A stretch of DNA of 63,598 nt, the filler included, from Octopus bimaculoides (Eukaryota): NCBI RefSeq assembly GCF_001194135.2. It is 7 parts of 7 records of this genome, joined end to end, with 100 filler letters (N's around TTAATTAATTAA, not from the genome) between each part and the next. Parts side by side here need not be neighbours in the genome. Positions count along the whole stretch, not along the records: positions 62,522 to 63,598 come from NW_026369930.1; 6 more parts are not named here. One strand, written 5' to 3'. Of this stretch, positions 62,572 to 63,598 are shown one piece after another. The notes beneath the pieces were generated by a model. It was given only the letters and a program-made list of their open reading frames with translations. It did not search any database and had not been told where the DNA came from. Position numbers and translations under genes: made by a program. Positions within the stretch are counted from its first letter, which is position 1; each line of letters begins with the position of its first letter.

Positions 62572-63598
62572 TGAGAGGGGGGTGTCACCCACCAGCCATG
62601 AGATAGACTTCTTAATCGTAGATTCTAAATATTTGAGAGACAACAATGCATAAATCGTAATTTTTAAAAGAGCAATGAAACCTAGGTAAATAGAATAGAT
62701 AAGTAGCATGAATTTAGGAAGCCTTTGTGCAAGGAAAGATGGCTAAGCTTAAACTGAGTTCAATTGAATTTCATGGAGAGAAACAGATAAATAATAGAGA
62801 ACAGACTAAAGCGCAAAAAGGTATAAGAGAAAAATGTTGAGGCCGTAAATAAATAAAGATCTCTATCTTATCTGCAGCATAATCTTGGAGACTTCGTCGT
62901 AGTATGTCAGCGGAGAAGAGATTAAGACAATTTAGAAGTGATTTCTTATTTATATACCCGGAACCTGAATCCTTAAGGAAACTACGATAGAGAGGAGTAG
63001 AGAGAGAGAGAGAGAGACTGATTTAGAGAGAGAGAGATAGACGGAGGCATGGCGAGAGAAAGATATATATATAAAGAGAGAGATGGGGGACCAGTCAAGC
63101 AGCACATCATGCTGGAATTCTTGGGCTTAGTCATCAATGCTTAAATCGTAATTTTAAAGGGAGCGATAGAATTTTGCTGGTAAGAATAGATTCTTTTGAA
63201 TGAAAGCATGTTACATTTAAGTTTATTGTTTGTGCCAGTGTCATTATGTACAAGAGATTGTTCTAGATTATTTGTTATTCTGAAGCAAACATCAAGTTTA
63301 TCCTTACAATAACTGGCTGAATGCATAGAAGAATACCCAAGGCATGACTATGTAATATTATGAGTTTTATAGTTATGAATAGTTTAAACATATGCCACAC
63401 ACACATATAGACATTTCTAGTTTAAGGTTATGTATGTAGAATCATTGAGTAAATTTTTGACAAAAGCATTGAAAACTTTGGATACAACAAAGTAATTTTC
63501 CTTTCTTTCTTATCTGCCTCCAGGAATAAAGAAAAGCAACAGGTGTTTTTCTAAAGCAACATTATAACTTATTCATACACACACACATATATATGTAT

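Overview
This is eukaryotic, microsatellite-saturated, repeat-rich DNA. An octopus/coleoid cephalopod origin is inferred from the SINE families and the (TA)/(CA)/(GATA) density, from memory and not database-checked. The window is not one continuous locus. Six identical 100-bp spacers (44 N + TTAATTAATTAA + 44 N) join seven pieces (1-21658, 21759-38757, 38858-49641, 49742-55043, 55144-57570, 57671-62421, 62522-63598), so adjacency across them is unproven. No complete host protein-coding gene can be supported, and almost all ORFs in the track are microsatellite or N-run artefacts. The recognisable protein relics are all transposon-derived: mariner, Helitron helicase, R4/Dong-type RT and RLE, Tx1/L1-type ORF1 and endonuclease, hAT transposase, and an RTE C-terminus. 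At least three tRNA-derived SINE families are also present. Highlight 1: a ~1.6-kb ORF1-only (HAL1-like) retroelement with a CCHC knuckle, A-tail and 23-bp TSD. It is inserted inside a Helentron-type HINE, carries a hAT MITE, and has two ORF1 homologues nearby. Highlight 2: a 7-unit heat-shock element with ETS/CRE/TATA-like motifs beside a strongly CpG-depleted, probably gene-body-methylated block. Highlight 3: an E2F/NF-Y/CHR/E-box promoter-like island at 21.8-22.1 kb.
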